Shown piece after piece: positions 51,074 to 60,404 of a DNA stretch of 64,000 nucleotides. Origin of the DNA: a bacterium (GTDB lineage: Bacteria > UBA8248); assembly GCA_965221165.1 (NCBI GenBank), contig CBDCRP010000002.1:352001-416000 (forward strand). The letters run 5' to 3'. The notes under the pieces are model-generated. The model was not told where the DNA came from, ran no database searches, and saw only the letters and a program-made list of their open reading frames with translations. Each line of letters begins with the position of its first letter. Within the stretch, counting starts at the first letter, position 1. Both the position numbers and the translations under genes were made by a program.

Positions 51074-51775
51074 ATGACCACCACACATGACACCCCGTTT
51101 CGCGTCGGCCTTCTCGTTCCCTCCTCGAACTCCACGATGGAGCGCGATTTTCACAAGAACCTGCCGGAGGGAGTCTTCACCGCCACCTCCCGCATGTTCC
51201 TCGATGAGACGACGAAGCAGGCCGAAATCCGCATGATCGAAGAATCCCTGCCCGAGGCGAACCGGATGCTCAGGACCGTTCATCCCCATTTTTGCGTCTT
51301 CGGCTGTACGTCGGGCGGCGCACTCTTCGGACAGGCGCATGACCAGAAAATAAAAGCGCAAATCGAAGAGCAAACCGGCGCGGAGACGGTCACCATTCTT
51401 TCTGCGCTTGCGCGTGAATTCGCCGAAATGGGAGCGAGGAAACTCGTGGTGCTCACGCCATATATCGATGAGTTGAACGGGGCCATACGCGCGTCGCTTG
51501 AAGAAGACGGGCTGGAAGTTCTCTCGATAGACGGCATGGGGCTGACGGACAACATCGAGATCGGCAACACGCGGGCGGATAAAATCCTCAAATTCGCGGA
51601 CGAGAAGCTCTCCCCTCAGAACTTGAAAAAAGCTGACTGTCTTTTCATCTCCTGCACGAACCTGCCCGCCGTCGACGCTTTACCTGAGATTCACGCCCGC
51701 TACCCCGACTTGCCCGTGATGACGAGCAACCTCGCCGCTCTCCTGGCGGTGCGTAGAAAATTTGAAGGAGAATGA
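51074..51775 (+). CDS. Maleate isomerase / Asp-Glu racemase family
   Basis: LVPSSN.TME, FGCTSG, TPY, ISCTNL (two catalytic Cys). Confidence 0.88.
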   Translation: MTTTHDTPFRVGLLVPSSNSTMERDFHKNLPEGVFTATSRMFLDETTKQAEIRMIEESLPEANRMLRTVHPHFCVFGCTSGGALFGQAHDQKIKAQIEEQTGAETVTILSALAREFAEMGARKLVVLTPYIDELNGAIRASLEEDGLEVLSIDGMGLTDNIEIGNTRADKILKFADEKLSPQNLKKADCLFISCTNLPAVDALPEIHARYPDLPVMTSNLAALLAVRRKFEGE

Positions 51776-51948
51776 CAAAGGCGGGCGCTCCCATATTGCG
51801 CCTCGCTCTCTTTCTCTCCCGGAAAAATCGGTGTAGGATGCTCTTACGCTTTATAGGCATGGAAGGCATCCGGCACCAAGGCCGCTCGGGGCGCGATCTC
51901 CTTGCGCAGGATGCGTATGAACCTCACCAGAATGGAGTGAATTCAATC

Positions 51949-53325
51949 TTGGAAGCGCGCGTACTCTCCCCTTGCGGCGTCATCGGCTCCGGCTTTCCCG
52001 AAAGCTCCTTTAAGCGCGGGTTGTCCATGAAACCCCACGTCATCGCCTGCGACGGGGGATCGACGGACAACGGGCCGGCTTTTCTCGGCGCGGGAAAACC
52101 GAATTTCTCACGCTCGGCGACCAAGCGCGACCTGAAGCTCATGCTCCAGGGACGCGAAACCCTGGGCGTCCCCGTGATCGTGGGGTCATGCGGCACGGCG
52201 GGCGGCGACGCAGGGCTCGAGTGGATGCGCGATATTTGCCTGGAAATCGCCCGCGAGGAGGGCCTGAGCTTCAATCTCGCACTGGTGCGCGGCGAACAGG
52301 ACAAGGCGTATCTCAAGAAAAAATACAAGGAGGGCCGCATCCGGGCGCTCGACCCGGCACCCCCGCTCGATGAAGAGATAATCGAAAAGAGCGCGCACAT
52401 CGTGGGCATGATGGGCGATGAACCCATCGCCCGGGCGCTCGACCAAGGAGCGGACGTGGTGTTGACCGGCAGGGCTTCGGACACGTCGGTTTTCGCCTGT
52501 CACCCCGTGCGAATGGGTGCGGACCGGGGCCTTTCCTGGCACGCGGCCAAAATACTCGAATGCGGCGCGGCCTGCGCCGTGCACCGCGCGCGGCCGGATG
52601 GCTGTTTCGCCTGGATTCGCGACGATCATTTCGTGGTCGAGCCGCTGAACCCGCAGATGTACTGCACCCCGCAGAGCGTGGCCTCCCATACGCTGTATGA
52701 AAACACGGACCCTTACCGTATCACCGAACCCGCGGGCGTCCTCGATACGACCCACTCGGCCTACGCGGCGGAAAGCGAGCGCGCCGTGCGCGTGGGAGGG
52801 TCCGAATTTCATACGGCGGAGCGGTATTCCATCAAGCTCGAAGGGGCCGAACTCGTCGGCTACCAGTCGGTGATCATCGGCGGGGTGCGCGACCCCATGA
52901 TACTCAAGCAACTGGACTCCTGGCTCGACGGGGTCAGGGAGGGCTTCGAGACGCGCGTTCAGGAAATCTTCCCCGACCGGGAGATACCGCCCGTCTATCA
53001 ACTCCACATCCGCGTATTCGGGCGCGACGCCGTGATGGGGACGCTCGAACCGGAGGCGGGCCGGATGCCGCACGAGGTGGGCGTTCTCTTCGAGGTTACG
53101 GCGGAGGATCAGGTATCCGCCAACACGATGGCGGCCACCCTGGCCCATTTCGCGCTCCACTACCCCATTCCCGAGTGGGGCGGCCTCATTTCGACCCTGG
53201 CGTTTCCCTTCACGCCGGCGGAACTCGAAAAAGGCCCCGTTTATCGCTTCAACCTGAACCACGTCGTCTACCCGGACGACCCCTACGAGATGTTCCCGGC
53301 CGAGATGATGGAGGTGTCGAACTGA
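51949..53325 (+). CDS. AtuA-family (DUF1446) protein
   Basis: DGGSTD.GP..LG, GSCGTAG, GRASD, WHAAKILECGA, HTLYE; start approximate. Confidence 0.82.
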   Translation: MEARVLSPCGVIGSGFPESSFKRGLSMKPHVIACDGGSTDNGPAFLGAGKPNFSRSATKRDLKLMLQGRETLGVPVIVGSCGTAGGDAGLEWMRDICLEIAREEGLSFNLALVRGEQDKAYLKKKYKEGRIRALDPAPPLDEEIIEKSAHIVGMMGDEPIARALDQGADVVLTGRASDTSVFACHPVRMGADRGLSWHAAKILECGAACAVHRARPDGCFAWIRDDHFVVEPLNPQMYCTPQSVASHTLYENTDPYRITEPAGVLDTTHSAYAAESERAVRVGGSEFHTAERYSIKLEGAELVGYQSVIIGGVRDPMILKQLDSWLDGVREGFETRVQEIFPDREIPPVYQLHIRVFGRDAVMGTLEPEAGRMPHEVGVLFEVTAEDQVSANTMAATLAHFALHYPIPEWGGLISTLAFPFTPAELEKGPVYRFNLNHVVYPDDPYEMFPAEMMEVSN

Positions 53326-53639
53326 TGGCCACGCTCGGCGAACTCGCCAAACTCATTCGCTCAAAAAACGCAGGACCCTTCAACCTCACGTTCGACGTCA
53401 TGTTCGATGAGGAAGAGACCTATCGGCGCGTGGTGAACGCAAACGTCCTCACCAAGGAGGTGTTTTGCCGCCTCTACAATCTGACCGAGGAGAAAGTGCT
53501 GCTCGTGCACCACGACGCCGCGCGCGCGATCAAGATATCCATTCCCCGCCCCGTGTTCTCCTGCGATCCGGAAGACGGCGACTGCTACGGCGGCCAGCAG
53601 TTCGGCCCCCTCGTCGGCCTCGAAGTCCCGGACCCGTAA
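53325..53639 (+). CDS. DUF4387 family protein
   Basis: IRSKNAGPF.LTFD, AIKISIPR, D.YGGQQ. Confidence 0.85.
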   Translation: MATLGELAKLIRSKNAGPFNLTFDVMFDEEETYRRVVNANVLTKEVFCRLYNLTEEKVLLVHHDAARAIKISIPRPVFSCDPEDGDCYGGQQFGPLVGLEVPDP

Positions 53640-53663
53640 GAAAGACCAAGCGGAGAGAAGAAG

Positions 53664-54272
53664 ATGGCGATTCAGACGAACGCGGATGAGATTCGAGCGC
53701 TCTTCCCGGAAGTGAACCAAATCGAAGACCCCGCTTTACGCGAGGGCGTAGTCGACATCTGGCTCGACCTGGCCGCCGAGACCGCCTGGGAGCGTTTCGA
53801 GGACATTCCCAAAAACCTGAAAGAAGAAAAACACATGACGCTCATCGGCCACGTTCAGGGCGTCACCCAGATGGCGCTCGCCCTGGCCGAGGTCGCCGAA
53901 AGACTCCACGGGGTCGCCATAGACCGCGACCTGCTCATCGCCTCGTGCATCCTGCACGACATCTCGAAACCACTCGAATCAGCACCCAACCCCGGAGGCC
54001 CTCCGACGGGCAGCAGCGTGCCGCCCGGGAAAATCACCGAATTCGGCGCGAAAATTCAGCACGCCGTCTACGGGGCGCACAAAATCTGGGCCAAGGGCCT
54101 GCCCAAGGCCCTGGAACTGGCGCATCTGGTCATCACCCACACGCGCACGAGCAATACGCGCTCGAACAGCTATGAGGCCGCGCTGCTTTTCTACGCCGAC
54201 TGGGCGGATTCCGATGCGGGCATCGTCCTGGGCGGAGACGTGCCCTTCTCCGCGAAATGGGTGGAGAAATAG
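53664..54272 (+). CDS. HD domain protein
   Basis: H......LHDISK, H, H, YAD. Confidence 0.8.
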   Translation: MAIQTNADEIRALFPEVNQIEDPALREGVVDIWLDLAAETAWERFEDIPKNLKEEKHMTLIGHVQGVTQMALALAEVAERLHGVAIDRDLLIASCILHDISKPLESAPNPGGPPTGSSVPPGKITEFGAKIQHAVYGAHKIWAKGLPKALELAHLVITHTRTSNTRSNSYEAALLFYADWADSDAGIVLGGDVPFSAKWVEK

Positions 54273-54301
54273 GCGCGAACTCTCCCACCTTCTGATTCCC
54301 C

Positions 54302-55198
54302 TCACTTCCCCCACGCAATCGCGAACGCGCCCACCACGGACAAGACGCCGCCTATCACGATGCGCAGGGTGATGCTCTCCTGTTTCTTCAGGAACAGCCA
54401 CGAGAAGAGGATGACCCACAAGACGGAGAGGCGGTTGATGGGCACCACTTGCACCACCTCCCCCTCCCTGAACGCCGTCCAGAAGCAGAGGGCGGCTATT
54501 ATATTCGCGACGACCCCGCAGGCAATCGTCACCAGCCCTCTGGAATTCAAGTCTTTCACGCCTCCTTCTTCCTTCGTGAACGGCATGGCGAGAAGGAGCA
54601 GGGCCGACGCAGTGATGGTGGAAATCGCGATTCCCAAAGATTCCGAGGGCAAGACGACGAGGGCGTATTTTCTGAAAACAAACGTCAAGGAAAACAGGAA
54701 AGAGGCGATAACCGGAACGAGAAAGTAAAAGAGTAAAACATCCTTCTCGCCAGACTCTTCTTTGGCGGACTCTCTTTTATAGACCAGGAGAACGGCCCCT
54801 ACCATGATGGCCAACGTGCCGCCGGCTACGCCCGCCGAGAACCGCTCACCAAGTATGAACACCCCCATGAGCGCCGACCACACCAGTACCGACTGCACCA
54901 TAATCTGCGTCCGCGCCAGGCCGATCAGGCGCATCGACCCGAAAATCATGTACCGCCCGATCGAACTACCGAAGATGCCTATGAGCATGAACCATATGAC
55001 GCCCTCCAGGGACCATGAAATTTCGTCATCCAGGACGAGGTGCATCACGAACGCCATCATCGCGGAGAGAACGTTCATCGCGATGGCCGCAATCCCCGGT
55101 CCGATATGGATCAGCGCTTTTCGATAGAATACCTGGGAGATGGCGACGAAAAACGCCGCGATGAACGACAGGAGGTTCGGGTCTAAGGATTTGAGCAA
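54302..55198 (-). CDS. EamA/DMT family transporter
   Basis: About 10 TM segments, ILGE, FLKE-like motifs; start approximate. Confidence 0.85.
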   Translation of the reverse strand: MLKSLDPNLLSFIAAFFVAISQVFYRKALIHIGPGIAAIAMNVLSAMMAFVMHLVLDDEISWSLEGVIWFMLIGIFGSSIGRYMIFGSMRLIGLARTQIMVQSVLVWSALMGVFILGERFSAGVAGGTLAIMVGAVLLVYKRESAKEESGEKDVLLFYFLVPVIASFLFSLTFVFRKYALVVLPSESLGIAISTITASALLLLAMPFTKEEGGVKDLNSRGLVTIACGVVANIIAALCFWTAFREGEVVQVVPINRLSVLWVILFSWLFLKKQESITLRIVIGGVLSVVGAFAIAWGK

Positions 55199-55426
55199 AA
55201 CTACCCCACAAAAGGACGGTGCGAGCGGCGCTACTTCATCCGGGGTCTCGGGAAAGGGCATCGCACCCGGACTCTCCCCGCACTGACCCTCCAAAATCAG
55301 AGAATCATCCAGGATTTGCTCCTGATTGACTCCGGAACCGGTGCATGGGGACTCATCCGGCAAAAAGAGCCTGGTGATCGGAACGGCTCACACAACGACC
55401 CTGCGCGCAAAAATTCTCGACGCCGC

Positions 55427-57322
55427 CTAGTCGAAGGGATAGCCCAGCCCGGCGAGCGCCTCGGTGATCTCGGGCAGAATGGCCGGATCGTCGATGGTGG
55501 CCGGCACCTTGTATTCCTCGCCATCGGCGATGTTCGACATCGTTCCCCGCAGAATCTTGCCCGAGCGCGTCTTGGGCAGGCGCTTCACCACAGTCGCCTG
55601 GCGGAACGAGGCCACCGCGCCGATTTGCCGGCGAACGAGCTGCACCACCTCGCCGACGATATCTTCATCTTTTTTCTCGACACCCGCCTTTAAGACCAAA
55701 AAACCGAGCGGAAGCTGGCCCTTGAGTTGATCCTGCACGCCGATGACGGCGCACTCGGCCACGTCGGGGTGAGACGTCAAGACTTCTTCCATCGCGCCCG
55801 TAGAGAGCCTGTGGCCCGCCACGTTGATGATGTCATCCGTCCTCGACATCACATAGACGTAGCCCTCCTCGTCCACGTATCCGGCGTCGCCTGTTTTGTA
55901 GAAACCCGGGTATTCGCTCAGATAGGAGTCGATGTAACGATCGTCCGCGTTCCAGAGGGTGGGGAGACACCCGGGCGGCAAGGGGAGTTTGACGCACAGC
56001 GCGCCCATCTCACCCGCGCCCAGCGCGCGGCACTCGCTGTCGAGAACCTGAAATTCATAGCCGGGCACCGGCTTCGTGGGGGAGCCGTACTTGACGGGCA
56101 ACTGCTCGATGCCGATGGAATTCGCCAGCATCGGCCAGCCGCTCTCCGTCTGCCAATAGTGGTCGATGACGGGAACCTTCAGATGATCCTCCGCCCACTG
56201 CACCGTGTCCGGGTCGGAGCGCTCTCCCGCCAGAAAAAGGGTGCGGAAACAACCGAGGTCGTAATTCTTCATGAGATCGGCGTCCGGATCGTCCCGCTTG
56301 ATGGCGCGAAACGCCGTGGGCGCGGTGAAGAAAACCTTCACCCCGTGCTCGGAGATGATGCGCCAGAAAACGCCCGCATCGGGCGTACCCACGGGCTTGC
56401 CCTCGAAGAGGATGGTGGTGCAGCCATGAATCAGCGGCGCATACGTGATGTAGGAATGCCCCACCACCCAGCCGACGTCGGACGCCGCCCAGAACACCTC
56501 GCCCGGCGCCACGCCGTACACGTTTTGCATCGACCACTTGAGCGCCACCAAGTGGCCGCCATTGTCCCGCACCACGCCCTTGGGCTCGCCCGTCGTGCCC
56601 GAGGTATAGAGGATATAAAGGGGGTCCGTGGCGGCGAGGGGAACGCAGCCCGCGGGGGTTGCGTCTTTGAGCGAATCGCTCCACTCGATGTCGCGGCCCT
56701 CGATGAGTTCCGCCTCGACCTGGGAGCGCTGCAAGATGATGCATTTTTCCGGTTTTGCGCTAGAAATGTCGATCGCCTCATCGAGCAGGGGCTTATAAGC
56801 GATGACGCCCGAGGGCTCGACCCCGCACGAGGCGGATATCATGAGTTTTGGTTTCGCGTCTTCGATTCGCGTGGCCAGTTCATTCGGCGCAAAGCCACCG
56901 AAAACGACCGAGTGCACCGCGCCGATGCGAGCGCAGGCCAGCATGGCGATTGTGGCCTCGGGCACCATCGGCATGTAAATGATGACGCGGTCGCCCTTCT
57001 CCACCCCCTGGGCTTTGAGAGCGCCCGCGAAGTGCGCCACCTTGTGCAACAATTCGCGATAAGTGAGCTTTTGGGTGGGTTCGCCCGTGATGGGGGTGTC
57101 GTATATCAGAGCGAGTTGATCCGCCCGCCCCCCCTCGACGTGTCGATCGACCGCGTTGTAGCAGGTATTGACCTCGCCTCCCGTGAACCAGCGGTAAAAG
57201 GGCGGGTTCGAGTCATCAAACACCTTGTCCCATTTCTTATACCAGTGGATATCCTCCGCCGCCTCCGCCCAAAACGCTTCCGCATCCGAGAGGGAGCGAC
57301 CGTGAACTTCTGCATAGCCCAT
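55427..57322 (-). CDS. prpE: Propionyl-CoA synthetase / AMP-forming acyl-CoA ligase
   Basis: YTSGTTGEPKG, ASDVGWVVGHSY, YWQTE, NVAGHRLSTG, KTRSGK. Confidence 0.85.
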   Translation of the reverse strand: MGYAEVHGRSLSDAEAFWAEAAEDIHWYKKWDKVFDDSNPPFYRWFTGGEVNTCYNAVDRHVEGGRADQLALIYDTPITGEPTQKLTYRELLHKVAHFAGALKAQGVEKGDRVIIYMPMVPEATIAMLACARIGAVHSVVFGGFAPNELATRIEDAKPKLMISASCGVEPSGVIAYKPLLDEAIDISSAKPEKCIILQRSQVEAELIEGRDIEWSDSLKDATPAGCVPLAATDPLYILYTSGTTGEPKGVVRDNGGHLVALKWSMQNVYGVAPGEVFWAASDVGWVVGHSYITYAPLIHGCTTILFEGKPVGTPDAGVFWRIISEHGVKVFFTAPTAFRAIKRDDPDADLMKNYDLGCFRTLFLAGERSDPDTVQWAEDHLKVPVIDHYWQTESGWPMLANSIGIEQLPVKYGSPTKPVPGYEFQVLDSECRALGAGEMGALCVKLPLPPGCLPTLWNADDRYIDSYLSEYPGFYKTGDAGYVDEEGYVYVMSRTDDIINVAGHRLSTGAMEEVLTSHPDVAECAVIGVQDQLKGQLPLGFLVLKAGVEKKDEDIVGEVVQLVRRQIGAVASFRQATVVKRLPKTRSGKILRGTMSNIADGEEYKVPATIDDPAILPEITEALAGLGYPFD

Positions 57323-57404
57323 GCTTTTTCCTCCAAGCAGAAACATCTTATTTTCAGTTGTGATCAAAAAACGCATCATATCAAATTCCGCCTCTCTTTG
57401 CGCG

Positions 57405-57450
57405 GCTTACCGGGATGATTCGCGCTTACCGGGATGATTCGCGCTTACCG
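57405..57450. repeat. 19-bp tandem repeat in divergent promoter region
   Basis: GCTTACCGGGATGATTCGC x2 + GCTTACCG; partial copy ATGATTCGCGCTT near 57509. Confidence 0.8.
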
Positions 57451-57578
57451 CCGAGTGATGGCCGCCATCCTGACGAACACTCCCACCTCCCCCACCCGCC
57501 CTATACGAATGATTCGCGCTTGTCCGCGTTCTGGGCCGGTGCTAGGCTCGATTCTCTCCATCAGAGACGGGATTCGCC

Positions 57579-58838
57579 ATGGGCATGACCCTGACAGAGA
57601 AAATCATGGCCAGAGCCTCGGGCCGAAACACTCTCCGCGCAGGCGACATTGTTTACCCGGAAGCCGATCTGGCGACGATTCACGATCTCTACGTCGTGGA
57701 AGCAGACCGCCAACTCACCGAACTCGGCGTGGAACGCCCCTGGGACCCGGAGCGCGTGTTCGTTTGCTTCGACCACGACACGATTCCCCAGACCATCGCG
57801 GTCGCGAATCGCGCCAAGAAGATAAGAGAGATCGTAAAACGCTGGGGCGTAAAGCATTTTTTCGATGCGGGGCGCGGCCAGGGCCATGTTTTTCCGATGG
57901 AAATCGGCATCATCAAGCCCGGAGCCTGCGTCCTGGCCTATGACATTCACGTCACGAACTACGGCGCGGTGGGTTGTCTCGGCCTGGCGCTCGTCTTCGA
58001 GTTCCCCGCCGTGCTAGCCACGGGCAGCCATTGGCTCAAGGCGCCCGAGACGATTCGAATCGATTTGAGCGGAAAACTCTCGCCGGGCGTCGGCATCCGG
58101 GACGCCGCCGCGCGCATCATCCACGAAATCGGCCCCGACGCCGCCGATTACCGCGTCTTCGAGTACGCCGGAGAGGCTCTCGCCCACCTCGGGGTCGACG
58201 CGCGGGTCAAGCTCTGCAACCTGCCGATAGAGATCGGGGCGAAAAGCGCCATCATCCCTGCCGATGAAGTCGTGGCGCGGTGGATGCGCGACAGAAACAT
58301 CGACGGCTTTCAAGCGACCCGGAGCGACCCGGACGCCATATTCGCCGAAACTTATGAGTTCAATCTCTCCGAGATGGAGCCCACCATCGCGCTTCCGCCG
58401 AGACCCGAGAACGTGGCCCCGCTCACGGAAGCCTTGGGCCTCCCGATTCACGCGGCCTATCTGGGCTCGTGCGCTGCGGATCAGTATGAGGACATGGCGG
58501 AGGCCGCCGGGATTCTGCGCGGCAAGAAACTCGCCCCGGGCGTGCGGATGATCGTGACGCCCGGCAGCCAGGAGGTGCTCGCCCGCTGCGTCGAGAACGG
58601 ATTGATGGACATCTTCTGCGAGGCGGGCGCCATGGTGGGTCCGCCCGGGTGCGGCCCCTGCGCCATCGGCAAGGGAGGTCCCCTGGCGGACGGGGAGACC
58701 TGCATCGCCACGGTGACGCGAAACGACGTGGGGAGGATGGGGAGCCGGGAGGCGCAAATTTACCTCGCCAGCGCGGCTACGGTGGCGGCCTCCGCCGTGA
58801 GGGGCGAGATCGCAGACCCCAGAGAGTTTCTGGACTGA
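57579..58838 (+). CDS. Aconitase-family (LeuC/HacA-like) dehydratase large subunit
   Basis: MTLTEKI, FDH, GSC, CGPC, RN..GRMG, YLAS. Confidence 0.88.
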   Translation: MGMTLTEKIMARASGRNTLRAGDIVYPEADLATIHDLYVVEADRQLTELGVERPWDPERVFVCFDHDTIPQTIAVANRAKKIREIVKRWGVKHFFDAGRGQGHVFPMEIGIIKPGACVLAYDIHVTNYGAVGCLGLALVFEFPAVLATGSHWLKAPETIRIDLSGKLSPGVGIRDAAARIIHEIGPDAADYRVFEYAGEALAHLGVDARVKLCNLPIEIGAKSAIIPADEVVARWMRDRNIDGFQATRSDPDAIFAETYEFNLSEMEPTIALPPRPENVAPLTEALGLPIHAAYLGSCAADQYEDMAEAAGILRGKKLAPGVRMIVTPGSQEVLARCVENGLMDIFCEAGAMVGPPGCGPCAIGKGGPLADGETCIATVTRNDVGRMGSREAQIYLASAATVAASAVRGEIADPREFLD

Positions 58839-58848
58839 GGAGGACGCC

Positions 58849-59376
58849 TTGAACTGGACGATGCAGGGGCGTTGCTGGAAATTCGGAGATAATCTTTCTC
58901 TCGATGACGACATCCTCGAATTCGCCAAAGTCTTCGTGCAGGGGGTGCGCGTCTCGGACCCCGCATACTTGAAGAAGCACGTTTTCACGAATCTGATTCC
59001 CGATTTCCCGGAACGCGTGAAGCCGGGCGACGTCGTGGTGGCGGGGAAACGATTCGGCCAGGGAAATCCGCACATATACGGTCTCCTCGGAATGGCGGGC
59101 CTGGGTGTCGGCCTGATTGCCGAGAGCGTTCCCCATTTCACCTACCGGATGATCGTGGCGGCGGGGCTTCCCGCACTCCCTTTCTTCGCCGACATCGGCT
59201 CGCACGTGGAGGATGGGGATGAGGTGCGCGTTGATTTCGAAACCGGAGAAGTCGAGAATCTGAGCCGCGGCGTTCAATGCGCATCGGAACCGTTGCCGGG
59301 TGCGCTGAGAGAGATCATCGAAATCGGCGGTTTTCTGCCCGCCCTCAAGAAACGCCTGGAAACGTCTCTTTCATAA
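58849..59376 (+). CDS. Aconitase-family (LeuD/HacB-like) small subunit
   Basis: GR.WKFGD, GDVVVAG..FG.G, IAES, GG.L. Confidence 0.85.
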   Translation: MNWTMQGRCWKFGDNLSLDDDILEFAKVFVQGVRVSDPAYLKKHVFTNLIPDFPERVKPGDVVVAGKRFGQGNPHIYGLLGMAGLGVGLIAESVPHFTYRMIVAAGLPALPFFADIGSHVEDGDEVRVDFETGEVENLSRGVQCASEPLPGALREIIEIGGFLPALKKRLETSLS

Positions 59377-59444
59377 AACGGCGACGCGAAGAGTTGGCCT
59401 CGCGCGTTTTTCGGAGCGAATGCGGAGTCAAACCCAATCGAAGA

Positions 59445-59868
59445 GGGGTTGTTGAAAAACCCCCTCAAGGGGAAAATGCCTGCGGCGCATTCGCCGCCCC
59501 GGCGCGTAATACCTCTCTCGTCGGTCGGCAAACAAATCCTCGCTCCTCACTCGGATTTGACATTCCTCACTCGCGTTTGATCCGCGACGTATTCGCCGCC
59601 CTGGCGGCGAATACCTCCCTCATCCCGAGTAGGCGCGCTCGCGCGCCGTATCGAGGGTTTGACCCTACCGAGGAGGGAGGGTCAAACGGGGCCCTTCGAT
59701 ACAAGCGCTCCTTTCTCAGTCGCGTTTGACCTTCGGCGGCTACTCAGGGTGAGGTCGATACGGCGGCATGCAAGACGAGGGCTTGACGCGACCGATGAGG
59801 TCAGTTCCGACTGAGAAAGGAGGAACTGCATTTGCGCTCGCTCCCAGGACCGGGTTTTCAACAACCCC
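59445..59868. mobile_element. Non-autonomous MITE (424 bp) with terminal inverted repeats and 5-bp target duplication
   Basis: GGGGTTGTTGAAAAACCC / GGGTTTTCAACAACCCC termini; GAAGA at 59440-59444 and 59869-59873. Confidence 0.75.
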
Positions 59869-59889
59869 GAAGAAGGAGGGGTTGCCTGT

Positions 59890-60404
59890 CGTAGGGGCGG
59901 ACCTGCGTGTCCGCCCGCTTGCGCATCCGCCCGTAGGGGCCGCATATATGCGACCCGACCGATGAGCGGCGGGTGTTTTCTTTAAGGGCCGCATATATGC
60001 GGCCCCTACGGGCGTCCGACGCTTGATATTTCTGGATTCCGCATTTCCTCCCTCCCCGGTCGGGATTCACCACCGTCATTCCGGCGCATGCCAGTGGCAA
60101 CCGTAAGGTTGACCAGAACCGATGAGATGGATATATCGCGGCGTTTCGTTCCTTCTTTGATCAAGCGGGAACAACGCCGGAAAACGAAAGGCGAAAGACA
60201 AATTCTCTGGATTCCGGCATGCGCCGGAATGACGGCAATCTTCAATTCGGCCTATGGCGGATTCAGAAACCGTAGGGACAGGTCGCGACCTGTCCCTACA
60301 AGATGTCCCCCCATCGTATGAATCTTGCTCCCTGGCGTCGAGGGCGGACACATAGGTCCACCCCTACGAAAGATCAATCCCTCCTTCCTCAGTCGGGATT
60401 GATC
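59890..60404. repeat. Composite REP-like cluster (GTAG REPs, CGTC inverted pair, hairpin family)
   Basis: GTAGGGGCGGACC 59891, GTAGGGGCCGCATATATGCG 59933, CGTCATTCCGGCGCATGCC 60074, CTGGATTCCGGCATGCGCCGGAATGACG 60207, GTAGGGACAGGTCGCGACCTGTCCCTAC 60272. Confidence 0.82.

Noticed and set aside
55727-57418. Long antisense and alternate-frame ORFs (also 37581-39107, 33519-34796, 45297-46520, 15942-17138, and the 5' part of 38117-39946)
   Set aside because: Shadows of high-GC coding genes with no recognisable motifs
57405-57450. Possible mini-CRISPR
   Set aside because: Head-to-tail 19-mers with no unique spacers
57579-59376. Assignment as leucine-biosynthetic leuC/leuD
   Set aside because: Short HacA-type length, atypical substrate motifs and no leu context, so no gene symbol was given
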